Assembly (NCBI GenBank): GCA_964369365.1
Contig: CAYJES010000003.1
Coordinates: 17,872-81,871, forward strand
Direction of reading: 5' to 3'
Source of the DNA: an uncultured Lactobacillales bacterium
GTDB lineage: Bacteria > Pseudomonadota > Alphaproteobacteria > CAYJES01
DNA: 64,000 nt
A program made the translations under genes and the position numbers. Shown piece by piece: positions 9,680 through 19,248 of the stretch (position 1 is the first letter of the stretch; the number at the start of each line of letters is the position of its first letter). A model generated the notes under the pieces. The model saw only the letters and a list, made by a program, of their open reading frames with translations. It did not search any database and was not told the DNA's origin.

Positions 9680-10432
9680 TTATTGATTACCTTTTTTATA
9701 GAATGCATTCATTGCTTTTAACCTGCGATCACTTTCCGCCTCTATCATCTGTTGCATTGCTTCGTACGACCGTTGTACGTTTATCATACTTGTGATTTCT
9801 TGGACTGCATTCACATTAGAACTTTCAATATAACCTTGTTCAATTGTTGCAAAAACTTCTTCAACTGGCGGATTTTTCTCCATGTCTGTTCCGTATAAAC
9901 CGCTGTGAAATTCTCTCATCATCTGATTATCACGAAAACGTACCAATTTAATTTGTGCAATTTCTCCGTTCTCAGTTGAAAGTGTTCCATCTCGAGAAAG
10001 TGTTATGTCTTTTTCATTCGGAGCTATAAAAATAGGCTCTTCTGACGTCGAAAGCAATGGCTGTCCTTGCGAATTAACCACCATTCCATTTGCGTCCAAC
10101 TGAAAATGTCCGCTTCTTGTATACACTTGCCCCAATTTTTCATCATCTATCACAAAAAAACCGTCGCCTTTTATTGCCATATCTAAAGGATTGCCTGTTG
10201 CCTCAAAACTTCCGTTTTCGAAATCTCTGACAATACCGAAATCTTGTACATAAGCTATTTTTTCACCAAATGGTTGTTCTGCGCTTGGGATCCTTGACAT
10301 ATAGGTCGAAAACAAAGGATCTACCTTTTTAAATCCTGTTGTATTCATATTTGCCAAGTTATTTCCTACTGTCGACAATTGTTTCCATAAAACTGTTTGA
10401 CGGGAAAGAGCTACGTATTCTGTATTATCCAT
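9680..10432 (-). CDS. flgF: flagellar basal-body rod protein, FlgF-like (FlgF/FlgG family)
   Basis: N-terminus MDNTEYVALSRQ...VGNNLANMNTTGFK; C-terminus ...VNAVQEITSMINVQRSYEAMQQMI. Size is 250 aa. Confidence 0.75.
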   Translation of the reverse strand: MDNTEYVALSRQTVLWKQLSTVGNNLANMNTTGFKKVDPLFSTYMSRIPSAEQPFGEKIAYVQDFGIVRDFENGSFEATGNPLDMAIKGDGFFVIDDEKLGQVYTRSGHFQLDANGMVVNSQGQPLLSTSEEPIFIAPNEKDITLSRDGTLSTENGEIAQIKLVRFRDNQMMREFHSGLYGTDMEKNPPVEEVFATIEQGYIESSNVNAVQEITSMINVQRSYEAMQQMIEAESDRRLKAMNAFYKKGNQ

Positions 10433-10643
10433 AAAAACACCTTAATTAAATTCAAAGTTCACATCTAAAGGACATATTTGCATAAACTGTGCCAAACATA
10501 AAAAAACAAGAGAAATCTTATGGAAAATAAGTAACACTATATATAATTTGCTTTTTTTTGTAAAACTACTTGCTTAAAAATTAAGAAGTATATATAATTC
10601 ACTATGATTATTTAGTAATTTTAATTATTTTGGGTGGAAATAA

Positions 10644-11810
10644 ATGTTTAATATAAAAAAATTATTGACTTTGGTCGCTGTTATTTCAGTTGCTGGTTGC
10701 TCTAGCTCTGATTACTTGTTTTCTGATTCAACAAAAGCAAGTCCTAAGAAAAGACCTGTTGTAAAAGAAAGCACTGTTTACAAAAAAGATGCTAAGGCTA
10801 TTGCTCCTATTGCTGTTGAAAAGCCTGAGCCTGTTAAGCTACCAGAACCTGTAGCAAAACAACCTGTGTCAGTTGCTCAAACCTATGAAACCAGAGATGT
10901 TTCATTACAACATTCTAGCTCTATGAGCTTTGTTACTCAAAAAATTAACACTTTCAAAGGTGAACTTTCTCAACTTAAAAACTCTGTTATTAACAGAACT
11001 AACGAACTTAAAAGCATAAAAGAAAAAATGGCGCAAGATTCAAAAGAATATTATGAAGTTGTTGCAGAAATTAATTCTCGCCTACAAATGGGAACAACTT
11101 CTGGCAACCCTATTTTGAACGCTAAATGGCGTGATGCTACAATGAAACTTGATAAAGTTAGCCAAGACGTTACAGCCATGAACAATCTTGCTTCTAAAAT
11201 TACTGCTGATTCTGGTATGACTACTTATCTACTTGATTCAGTAAGAGCATCTTATAATATATCAGGCGCTGTTGAAGCTGATCATGAAGAATTAAAAGGT
11301 TTAGAAGATGAAACTATTCAAACTGCTGTTCAAAATGAAAGATTGTTAAGCGATGTTAACGAAGATATCGTAAGACAACAAAAATACCTCAGCAATGAAA
11401 AAAGCAACCTTGCTAACCTTGCTGTTGCTATTCGTGATGGTCAACTATACAGCAATGGGGTACCTGGCACTCAATCTATGAAGTACAGAAAAACTCTTAC
11501 AGAAAGTGAAGTTCCATACACTGCAAAGGCTGCTAATGTGCGCAAACCTCTAGTTGAAATTAGATTCACAAAAGAAAATATCGCTTTTGAACAACCTTTA
11601 TATAAAGCAATGCAAAAAGCATTAGAACAAAGACAAGATATTTCATTTGAAATCATTGGCGTTGCTACTCGTCCTGATGTAGCAAAAAGATATGTAAACA
11701 ATGTTACAAAATCTATGATTAATATGGGGGTTCCTGCTAGTCGAATCAAAACTTCCGTTTCTGCTTCTCCTAATACTAGAAGCCCTGAAGTTAAAATATT
11801 CGTGAAATAA
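10644..11810 (+). CDS. lipoprotein with a coiled-coil middle and an OmpA/MotB-like C-terminal domain
   Basis: Lipobox LVAVISVAGC. The central region is helical and heptad-like. The C-terminus (...FEIIGVATRPDVAKRYVNNVTKSMINMGVPASRIKTSVSAS...) resembles a peptidoglycan-binding OmpA-like fold. Confidence 0.4.
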   Translation: MFNIKKLLTLVAVISVAGCSSSDYLFSDSTKASPKKRPVVKESTVYKKDAKAIAPIAVEKPEPVKLPEPVAKQPVSVAQTYETRDVSLQHSSSMSFVTQKINTFKGELSQLKNSVINRTNELKSIKEKMAQDSKEYYEVVAEINSRLQMGTTSGNPILNAKWRDATMKLDKVSQDVTAMNNLASKITADSGMTTYLLDSVRASYNISGAVEADHEELKGLEDETIQTAVQNERLLSDVNEDIVRQQKYLSNEKSNLANLAVAIRDGQLYSNGVPGTQSMKYRKTLTESEVPYTAKAANVRKPLVEIRFTKENIAFEQPLYKAMQKALEQRQDISFEIIGVATRPDVAKRYVNNVTKSMINMGVPASRIKTSVSASPNTRSPEVKIFVK

Positions 11811-11831
11811 ACACCTTTTCACAAATAAAAA

Positions 11832-11860
11832 AAAGACTGCATATAGCAGTCTTTTTTTTT
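11832..11860. terminator. bidirectional rho-independent terminator
   Basis: Stem agactgc/gcagtct flanked by A and T runs (aaaaaaaagactgcatatagcagtcttttttttt), between two convergent genes. Confidence 0.6.
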
Positions 11861-11876
11861 ATACGAACAATATGTT

Positions 11877-14357
11877 CTAACAAGAACTTAATGAATTTAA
11901 AACTTCTTCTGGGTTCCAATTCTTTGCAAATTCAGTCATTTCATCAGCAGGAAGCGCTTTTGAAAATAAAAATCCTTGAATAGATGTACATCCAATATCA
12001 CGCAACAAACAATAAATATCTTTTGTTTCCACGCCTTCTGCTAGTACTTTTAAGTTTAAAGCTTTTGCCATTGCAATGGTTGCACTTACTATTGATGCAT
12101 CATTATAGTCATTAGTAATGTCTATTACAAATGAACGATCTATTTTTAGCTTGTTCAATGGAAAACGCTTTAAAACACTTAATGATGAATATCCCGTACC
12201 AAAGTCATCAATAGAACAAGTTATACCTTTTTCGAGTAATATTTTAATAACACGCTCTGCTTCCATTGGATTAATCATCGTAGAGCTTTCCGTTATTTCA
12301 ATTTCCAATTTATCCGGAGAAAGTTTTGTTTTTTCGAGAACTCCCTCTATCATTGCTAACAAATTTTTAGGATTATGGAATTGACGAGGAGATAAGTTTA
12401 CAGCAACAGGTGCAGATAAAACTCCCTGCTCTATCCATTTTTGATTTTGAGCGCACGCCTTTTCCAAAATACTTTCTGCTATTAAATCTATTAATCCAAA
12501 CTCTTCTGCTATTGGAATAAATATGCCAGGAGATATAATACCTTCATTACTTATCCATCTAGCCAACGCTTCTGTACCTACTATTTTTCCTGATTGAATA
12601 TCAATTTGAGGTTGGAAATATGGAATAATTTCTCCATTGTCCAGAGCATAACGAAGCTTGGTTCGTAAAGAGTTTGCGTTAACTATTGCTTGTTTAATTT
12701 CTTGGGAAAATATTTTATAATCTTTATAATCTTTTCTAGCTTTTTCAAGAGCTGCATTAGAATTTTTAATCAAAGAATTTGCGTCACTTCCATGTTCTGG
12801 ATAAATTGCAATCCCTATATTTATATTAATATCAAATATTTGCTCATTTACAATTATTGGAGCTTGAAATTCTTTCAAAATTTTATCAGTTAGCGCAGAA
12901 ATTTCATCATCATTCGAAATATAAGGGCGCACAATAACAAAAAGTCCACTAGTGGTATATGCTATAAAATCATCCGAAGTAAGGCAACCTTTAACCCTAT
13001 CTGCTATTCCGTTTAAAAGAGCATCACCGACGTCATGACCTGAAGAGGAATAAAAAGAGCTGAGATTTGTTGATGACAAAGACAATACAGCAACCTTTTT
13101 ATTATCCTTTTCAGCATTTTCAAGGATTGTTATTATTTCTTTACTTAAAAGTGCTCTATTAGGAGTGTCTGTTACTGGATGATAATATGCAAGATAGCTT
13201 ATTTGTTCAGACGCTTTTTTACGTTCAGTTACATCCAAAACAACACCGTGACAGACTATATGTCCATTATCTAAACGTTCTGGCTTTATTCTTATTTGAA
13301 CCCAACTATCTTTTTTGCTGAAATTTGGAAGTTCTTCGTCATAATATGGAAGAATTTTGCTGCTGTATAGTTTTTTTACATATTCGTCAAATTTAGCTTC
13401 TTTTAAAACTAGCGGTATGTATTTATCATAATCAACAAAAAGCTGCTCTGGCGAATATCCAAAAATATCGCTACTGCCATCACTGATATAGATCATTCTG
13501 TAGTTTGTTTCAGAATTTATCAACATTGTAAAGAATGCACATGGAAGAGCAGAAACAATCGTGCTTAGCTTCTCTTCTGTATCTTTTAATGTTGCTAGCG
13601 TTTCTTTTTGTTCACGTATATCTTTTATTAAAACAATAAAACTAAGCTCGCCTTGCATACGTAGTGCTGATATTGAAAATTCAATTGGGAAATAATCTCC
13701 ATTTTTTTTCAAGCCAAGATATTCAAATACAGACGCATCTTCGAAAACATCATTTTCTTTTTCTAGATAATTACCTATAAAATTGTCACATTCTGTCTTA
13801 TCCTCTGGCGCCAAAAGGAAAGAAATATTTTGTCCTATTAATTCAGATATTTCATATCCAAAAACTTCTGATACTGCGGTATTTATATCAGTTATAGTAC
13901 CGTTTTTATCGGTATTTACAATTACATCTGTAGATCTTTCTAATATTATATTTAATTTTTGTTCAGCTTGTTTTTTAGATGTCTCGTCAAAAAGAAAACC
14001 TTCCCACATTACCGAATCATCTTCTTGTTTTGTGGCGATAACCCTACCAGAAAGCCAGAATACCTGACCTTTTTTATTAATTATGCGGAAACTTTCCGTA
14101 TATGAAGTTAAATCTTTTTCTGATTTTTCTATTTGCTGAGATATTAAATATCTGTCCGCCCAATGAACCGAATCGATATAGCCTTTTGCAGATATGATTA
14201 TTTCTTCATCAGAAGGTATATCCAACATTTTATAAATTTCGTCATTTAAGAAATCATATGTGAATTTACCGGCAGAATCCTTATACCTGCGATACACAAT
14301 CCCAGGGAAATTATTCATTTCATTTTTAACTGTTTTATTATTGCTATTTTTTAACAT
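11877..14357 (-). CDS. PAS-containing c-di-GMP phosphodiesterase (degenerate GGDEF domain plus an intact EAL domain)
   Basis: EAL domain motifs are present: QPQIDIQSGKIVGTEALARW, EIEITES, DDFGTGYSSLS, KIDRSFV. The GGDEF position reads YSSSGHD, which is degenerate. N-terminal PAS-like modules. Confidence 0.8.
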   Translation of the reverse strand: MLKNSNNKTVKNEMNNFPGIVYRRYKDSAGKFTYDFLNDEIYKMLDIPSDEEIIISAKGYIDSVHWADRYLISQQIEKSEKDLTSYTESFRIINKKGQVFWLSGRVIATKQEDDSVMWEGFLFDETSKKQAEQKLNIILERSTDVIVNTDKNGTITDINTAVSEVFGYEISELIGQNISFLLAPEDKTECDNFIGNYLEKENDVFEDASVFEYLGLKKNGDYFPIEFSISALRMQGELSFIVLIKDIREQKETLATLKDTEEKLSTIVSALPCAFFTMLINSETNYRMIYISDGSSDIFGYSPEQLFVDYDKYIPLVLKEAKFDEYVKKLYSSKILPYYDEELPNFSKKDSWVQIRIKPERLDNGHIVCHGVVLDVTERKKASEQISYLAYYHPVTDTPNRALLSKEIITILENAEKDNKKVAVLSLSSTNLSSFYSSSGHDVGDALLNGIADRVKGCLTSDDFIAYTTSGLFVIVRPYISNDDEISALTDKILKEFQAPIIVNEQIFDININIGIAIYPEHGSDANSLIKNSNAALEKARKDYKDYKIFSQEIKQAIVNANSLRTKLRYALDNGEIIPYFQPQIDIQSGKIVGTEALARWISNEGIISPGIFIPIAEEFGLIDLIAESILEKACAQNQKWIEQGVLSAPVAVNLSPRQFHNPKNLLAMIEGVLEKTKLSPDKLEIEITESSTMINPMEAERVIKILLEKGITCSIDDFGTGYSSLSVLKRFPLNKLKIDRSFVIDITNDYNDASIVSATIAMAKALNLKVLAEGVETKDIYCLLRDIGCTSIQGFLFSKALPADEMTEFAKNWNPEEVLNSLSSC

Positions 14358-14392
14358 AATTTGTATTATACATAAAATTACAAAAAAAATAA

Positions 14393-15172
14393 ATGGAAAT
14401 TATTAAAATGAGTAATATTATTATTGGCATCGTGCCTGATTATAGATTTTCTAACGAAGAAAAAGGGTATTCTGAATATTCTTACTATGCTGTTTCTGAG
14501 AATATTATTAAAGCTTTTTCCAATAAAGCAACCATTATTATTGTCCCTTATGAAAGAGATGGCTCTGAAAAATACATAGAAATGATGGACGCATTAGTTT
14601 TTGTAAAGTCTTCTTATCCTGTTGACCCATTCTATTATGCAGAACCTAAAAAAGGTGAATATATTACCGATAACAAAAGATCTGATTTTGAATTCGACCT
14701 CCTAAAAAAAGCTGTAAATAAAAACATTCCCGTTCTTGGCATTGGCAAAGGAATGCAAATAATCAATATCTTTTTCGGTGGATCTATGTATCAAAACATC
14801 ATAGAAGAAGTTCCCGGAGTTATAAATCATCAACAAGAAGAAAAAGACCTTAAATTACATATGAAATATCATGACAATGTGATTTTACCTAACACAGAAC
14901 TTGCTAGAGCGCTAGGAACAGATGATTTACAGGTTAATTCTGCACATTCTCAAGCTATTAAAAAACTAGGTGATGGTCTTAAAATAAACTCTATTAGCAA
15001 AGTTGATAATATTATAGAAGGAATCGAAAGTGACAATGAAGATTCTTGGATAATGGGTTTGCAATGGCTTCCTGAAATGCTATTTTCTCGCGAAAACTAT
15101 GAAAATGAAAGAGAGCTAAGCATTTTTGATTTCTTTATCAACAAAGCAATTGAAATAAAAGATAAAAAATGA
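14393..15172 (+). CDS. peptidase C26 / class-I glutamine amidotransferase-like protein, probably catalytically inactive
   Basis: Family motifs are present (VLGIGKGMQIIN, VNSAHSQAI), but the nucleophile position GxCxGxQ reads G-I-G-K-G-M-Q, i.e. Cys replaced by Gly. Confidence 0.55.
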   Translation: MEIIKMSNIIIGIVPDYRFSNEEKGYSEYSYYAVSENIIKAFSNKATIIIVPYERDGSEKYIEMMDALVFVKSSYPVDPFYYAEPKKGEYITDNKRSDFEFDLLKKAVNKNIPVLGIGKGMQIINIFFGGSMYQNIIEEVPGVINHQQEEKDLKLHMKYHDNVILPNTELARALGTDDLQVNSAHSQAIKKLGDGLKINSISKVDNIIEGIESDNEDSWIMGLQWLPEMLFSRENYENERELSIFDFFINKAIEIKDKK

Positions 15173-15408
15173 GCTGGCTTAAAGAAGCACAAGAAAAAAT
15201 AAATATAAAAAATAAACAAGAGATAAATCAAACTTCATGTCATTTTCTTGATGATGAAGAGATTCTTACAAAAGAAATTCGCTCAATTTATGAAAACGCT
15301 ACTACAAGAGAAGTAGAAAAAGCAATAAATTTAGCAAAAGAGCATCTTGGAACTGACTGTTTAAAAAAAGATTTTTTAAATTTTATCAGAATTAAACTTG
15401 AAGATTGA
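15169..15408 (+). CDS. hypothetical small protein
   Basis: 79 aa. Its start overlaps the upstream stop by 4 nt (ATGA), suggesting coupling. Confidence 0.35.
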   Translation: MSWLKEAQEKINIKNKQEINQTSCHFLDDEEILTKEIRSIYENATTREVEKAINLAKEHLGTDCLKKDFLNFIRIKLED

Positions 15409-15483
15409 AAAAAATATGGCAAAAAATTATATTTATGTTATTAATATATTATTAATAATAATTTTTCGAGTGAGGGATAATTA

Positions 15484-16170
15484 ATGAGTAGCCATTTGGA
15501 AGAAGCCAAAAAACTTAAAAATGAGTTTAAAATTAGAGAAGCTTTAACAGCTTTTGAAAAAGCTTATGAAGAAGACAATAATAACATAGAAGCTGTTGCT
15601 AATACCGCTCTTTGTCATATGATGATTGGAAACTTAGAAAAAGCTAAATCGTTTTTTGAAAAATCAGCCGAATTAAATCCTGAAGACCTACTTGTTAAGC
15701 TATATATTTCAATTATAAATGTTGCTTTAGGGCAAGAATATGAAATAACTCCTATTAATAACGTCGATGTTAATGTATCAGAACAATTCATGTCAAGCGC
15801 AGAAATGTTCTATATGATAAGGTTAAGAGATGAATCTTTCAAACTTTTTGAAGTTATTGTTTCTGAAATAAAAGATGACAATTGGCTTAACCTTGCTTCT
15901 AATCAATATCGTATTGTGGCTATGCTTGCTAGATTTGGATTTTTTATGGAAGCAAAAGATATCGCAGATAAACTTGTGGCCGAAAACGATAAATCATGGC
16001 ATGGGTATGCTTCTTTGGCTCAGATAGAGCTTGAGCAAGGAAATATAACAGAGGCTAAGTCTTGGTTTAAGAAAGCAATCCAAAACGGCGGAGATAAAGA
16101 CTCATTAGTTGTTGCAGCCATCGCTGATACTAGATTACTTGAAATCACCGACAAAGCAACTAAACACTAA
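15484..16170 (+). CDS. tetratricopeptide-repeat protein
   Basis: TPR-like helical repeats (AFEKAYEEDNNNIEAVANTALCHMMIGNLEKAKSFFEKSAELNPEDL...). Confidence 0.55.
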   Translation: MSSHLEEAKKLKNEFKIREALTAFEKAYEEDNNNIEAVANTALCHMMIGNLEKAKSFFEKSAELNPEDLLVKLYISIINVALGQEYEITPINNVDVNVSEQFMSSAEMFYMIRLRDESFKLFEVIVSEIKDDNWLNLASNQYRIVAMLARFGFFMEAKDIADKLVAENDKSWHGYASLAQIELEQGNITEAKSWFKKAIQNGGDKDSLVVAAIADTRLLEITDKATKH

Positions 16171-16184
16171 AGATTATTTAAATT

Positions 16185-17867
16185 TTATCCTATTCCGTAA
16201 CCATAATAAAATGGTTTTTTATAAACCTTTATTTTGTTAACGTTTGAAAATTCCAATCTGTTCGCTCCATGATATAAAACCCCAGAGTTATCAGGCAATA
16301 CTTTGTTACGATTTTGATACTCTATTAAATCTGAAACGCTCATAAATAATCCGTTTTCAAATTTTACGTTCCATCCATATGTATTATTATCTTCACATTC
16401 TAGGCAAATTGTATCTACACCTTCATCGCCCGAAAAAAATGTATTTTCATGATATGATGAAAAAGCAAAACTTTTTGATTCTATTTCATCAATCTCAATA
16501 TCAGAATTATAATTTGATGGCTTATATTCACCTAATTTTTTAATTTCCATCGATATTTTGGCTGCATTATAAAAATATAATGATGTTGATTTAGGTCCGA
16601 TTAAAATACCATTTTTACCCCCTAAATTAATAACATCTTCGCCTTTTAAATTTATTTCATAAAGCGACATTGATAACAACTTCCACGCATCACTTTTTTC
16701 TGGGAAGGTGAAAGAATCTCCATAGTTTATAGCAATAGATTCATTATTTGTCGTATTTTGCAGTAATCCTAAAGAAAAATTATCATCAGAAGAAAGATTA
16801 AAAATTTCGCCTTTATCCATTTTTATTTCTTGTTCCTGATTATTACAAACAAAAAGCCTCCATCCATTTAATGAAGATGATGAAATTACTATTTCACTTT
16901 CATCACTTCCAAAAAACATTTTAACGCCATCACCTGATTTTATTTCAATCTTATCTTCTTTTTTAGTTTCGGTATTTAGTACAATAGGGAAACTTTCTGA
17001 TTTATTGTCAGATTTAAAGGTTTCGTTACCTTGAGCAACGGTGTCAGTTTTGCTATCTATTTCATCTTTATCTACTATCAAGTTATTTGTTTCTGATTCA
17101 TTTGTGAAAACTTCTTCTTGATTTATTTCAAGAGTGCTTTGTTGAACATTTTCTTTTTCTGGTTCAATCTTTTCCTCTGGCTCAAACTTTCCTTCTATTG
17201 CTACATCTTCAATATCATCTTCGTGCGTATTATTTTCAAATTCTAAATCATCATCTGAAGTAACGTCTAGATCTATTTTATCCTCTTCTTCTACTTTTAT
17301 ATCTTCTGGTGTGTCTATTTTGATGTCATCTACAAAAACATTTTCAGTTAGATTCTTTTCTTCTAGCTCTGATATACTTTCATTTTTATTGGAAGATTCA
17401 AACACAGACTTTTCCTCAGATTTAGATTCATCTAATTCAAGATAATCACTATTTGACGCATCTTCATAATCTTCAGACACTCTATATTTATTTTGAGATA
17501 AATCAAAATGTCCAGCAGAAGATTCTAAATCATCAACATTTTCTTGTAAATATGGGTTAGTCGAAAGTTGTTCAGATTTTTCAGGAACAAATAACACAGA
17601 TGAATCGTCATTTTCAGAAACTTCTGATATTTCTTCATTTTCATTATTTGTTTGTTCGTCATCTTTTTTCGCTGCTAATTGCTCTATTACTGATGACACA
17701 TCTTCATCATAATTTGCAATAGCATCATCAGCATTTAACAATAATTCATCAATAGAATCTACCGAATCGTATTCTTTCTCTTCTGTTTGTAAAGGAGCTT
17801 TCTCCTCTATTTGCTTTTTGCCTTTAAAAGGAGGAGGTTTTGGTATACTTCTTTTTTCTTCGCTCAT
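16185..17867 (-). CDS. hypothetical protein with a highly acidic, low-complexity N-terminal half and a beta-rich C-terminal domain
   Basis: 560 aa. About the first 300 aa are D/E/S-rich. No signal peptide. The start codon is 14 nt after the envZ-like stop. Confidence 0.5.
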   Translation of the reverse strand: MSEEKRSIPKPPPFKGKKQIEEKAPLQTEEKEYDSVDSIDELLLNADDAIANYDEDVSSVIEQLAAKKDDEQTNNENEEISEVSENDDSSVLFVPEKSEQLSTNPYLQENVDDLESSAGHFDLSQNKYRVSEDYEDASNSDYLELDESKSEEKSVFESSNKNESISELEEKNLTENVFVDDIKIDTPEDIKVEEEDKIDLDVTSDDDLEFENNTHEDDIEDVAIEGKFEPEEKIEPEKENVQQSTLEINQEEVFTNESETNNLIVDKDEIDSKTDTVAQGNETFKSDNKSESFPIVLNTETKKEDKIEIKSGDGVKMFFGSDESEIVISSSSLNGWRLFVCNNQEQEIKMDKGEIFNLSSDDNFSLGLLQNTTNNESIAINYGDSFTFPEKSDAWKLLSMSLYEINLKGEDVINLGGKNGILIGPKSTSLYFYNAAKISMEIKKLGEYKPSNYNSDIEIDEIESKSFAFSSYHENTFFSGDEGVDTICLECEDNNTYGWNVKFENGLFMSVSDLIEYQNRNKVLPDNSGVLYHGANRLEFSNVNKIKVYKKPFYYGYGIG

Positions 17868-17880
17868 TTTAATTCCTATT

Positions 17881-19248
17881 TTAAATTGGTAATTTAATTA
17901 TTACTTGTAACCCACCAAGCGCACTCTTTGCAAGCATTATTTCGCCACCATGCGCATTTACTATATCTTTTGATACTGTTAGCCCCAATCCTATACCACC
18001 CGTCTTAAGGTTTCGTGAATTTTCTATTCTATAAAATGCTCTGAACACTTCTTCTATAAATTCTTCCTCTATACCAGGTCCATCATCGTCCACTTTTATC
18101 ACTGCAAATTTATTTTGATCTAACTCTAGCGTTACAATTATTTTTTCCCCATGACGAATAGCGTTGCCTATAATATTATTAACACAGCGAATTATTGCAT
18201 TTTTTCTTATACTTATATTGATGTCGTCTTTTATTATCAATTCTATTTTATCATTTACATCAAACCTTGAAATAGCTTCTTTTAAAAGTTCTGGCAATAA
18301 AATTAAACTAAATGGTTCACTGCCTTCTCCTTTTACAAAAGCAATATAGGCATCTATCATTCCTTCCATTACTTTTACATCAAATTTTATACCATGAACC
18401 AAATCTTTATTTTCTTCATTTTCAAGTAATGCAAGTTGCAAATTCATACGAGTAAGTGGAGTTCTTAAGTCGTGTGAAACTCCCGCCAGCATATATGTTC
18501 TTTCTGATAAATGGCGCTTTATTCTGTTACGCATATTTAAAAATGCTCGGCCTATTTTTTTGATTTCAGCAGCACCACTTGCTTTAAAGGTTACATCTCG
18601 ACCTTTACCAAACTCTTCCGCCGCGTGGGTTACTTTTAAAATTGAACGAACCTGGTTTTTCATAAATATTGAGGCAATACTTAACAATAATATTGATGTC
18701 ACTATCATCCATAATACAAACACATAGGCAGTAGAGCTGAAAAACCTTTTATATGGGACGTCTATTTTCAAAATGCTACCATAATATTGAATATAAATAG
18801 TAATTGAAGGAGAGTTTGAAATTTCATCTAAATAAAACTTATTCTTTCGTAAAAGAATTCCATTTAAAGATTGTTTTAACTCGCTTGTTATCCAGCTGTT
18901 TTTAGTTTTTTCCATATCGGGAGAAAGCTTCGCATTTGGGATAATAGTAATGGTCATAAGAAAATTATCAGAAGCTGCTTTCAAAATTTTCTTTTGAGAT
19001 TCAGTATTGTCAAATTCATCAAGTAGCGTAATAACACCAGCAATTTCTCCGGTTATGCTAGTGGCTAGCCTTTTACCTATTATTCCCCAATGGTTATTAT
19101 AAAAAATATATCCTAAAATTACCAATGATATCATTACAGGCAAAATTAATATCGTAATCGATCTTGCAAGCAAACCTTTTGGAAGAAGCTTGTGTTTTAT
19201 AATGAAAATTAAATTATGGTTTATTTTTTTAATCAGGGAATAAAGCAT
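17881..19248 (-). CDS. envZ: EnvZ-like sensor histidine kinase
   Basis: Two N-terminal TM segments; H-box SHDLRTPLTRMNL; G2 box GGIGLGLTVSKDIVNAHGGEI. Overlaps the response regulator gene. Confidence 0.8.
   Translation of the reverse strand: MLYSLIKKINHNLIFIIKHKLLPKGLLARSITILILPVMISLVILGYIFYNNHWGIIGKRLATSITGEIAGVITLLDEFDNTESQKKILKAASDNFLMTITIIPNAKLSPDMEKTKNSWITSELKQSLNGILLRKNKFYLDEISNSPSITIYIQYYGSILKIDVPYKRFFSSTAYVFVLWMIVTSILLLSIASIFMKNQVRSILKVTHAAEEFGKGRDVTFKASGAAEIKKIGRAFLNMRNRIKRHLSERTYMLAGVSHDLRTPLTRMNLQLALLENEENKDLVHGIKFDVKVMEGMIDAYIAFVKGEGSEPFSLILLPELLKEAISRFDVNDKIELIIKDDINISIRKNAIIRCVNNIIGNAIRHGEKIIVTLELDQNKFAVIKVDDDGPGIEEEFIEEVFRAFYRIENSRNLKTGGIGLGLTVSKDIVNAHGGEIMLAKSALGGLQVIIKLPI

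Noticed and set aside
16185-17867. Poly-acidic 560-aa ORF, considered as a possible non-coding low-complexity artefact
   Set aside because: In a genome this AT-rich, an uninterrupted 1.68-kb frame is very unlikely by chance. It also has a structured C-terminal domain and is tightly spaced after envZ. It is kept as a real CDS.
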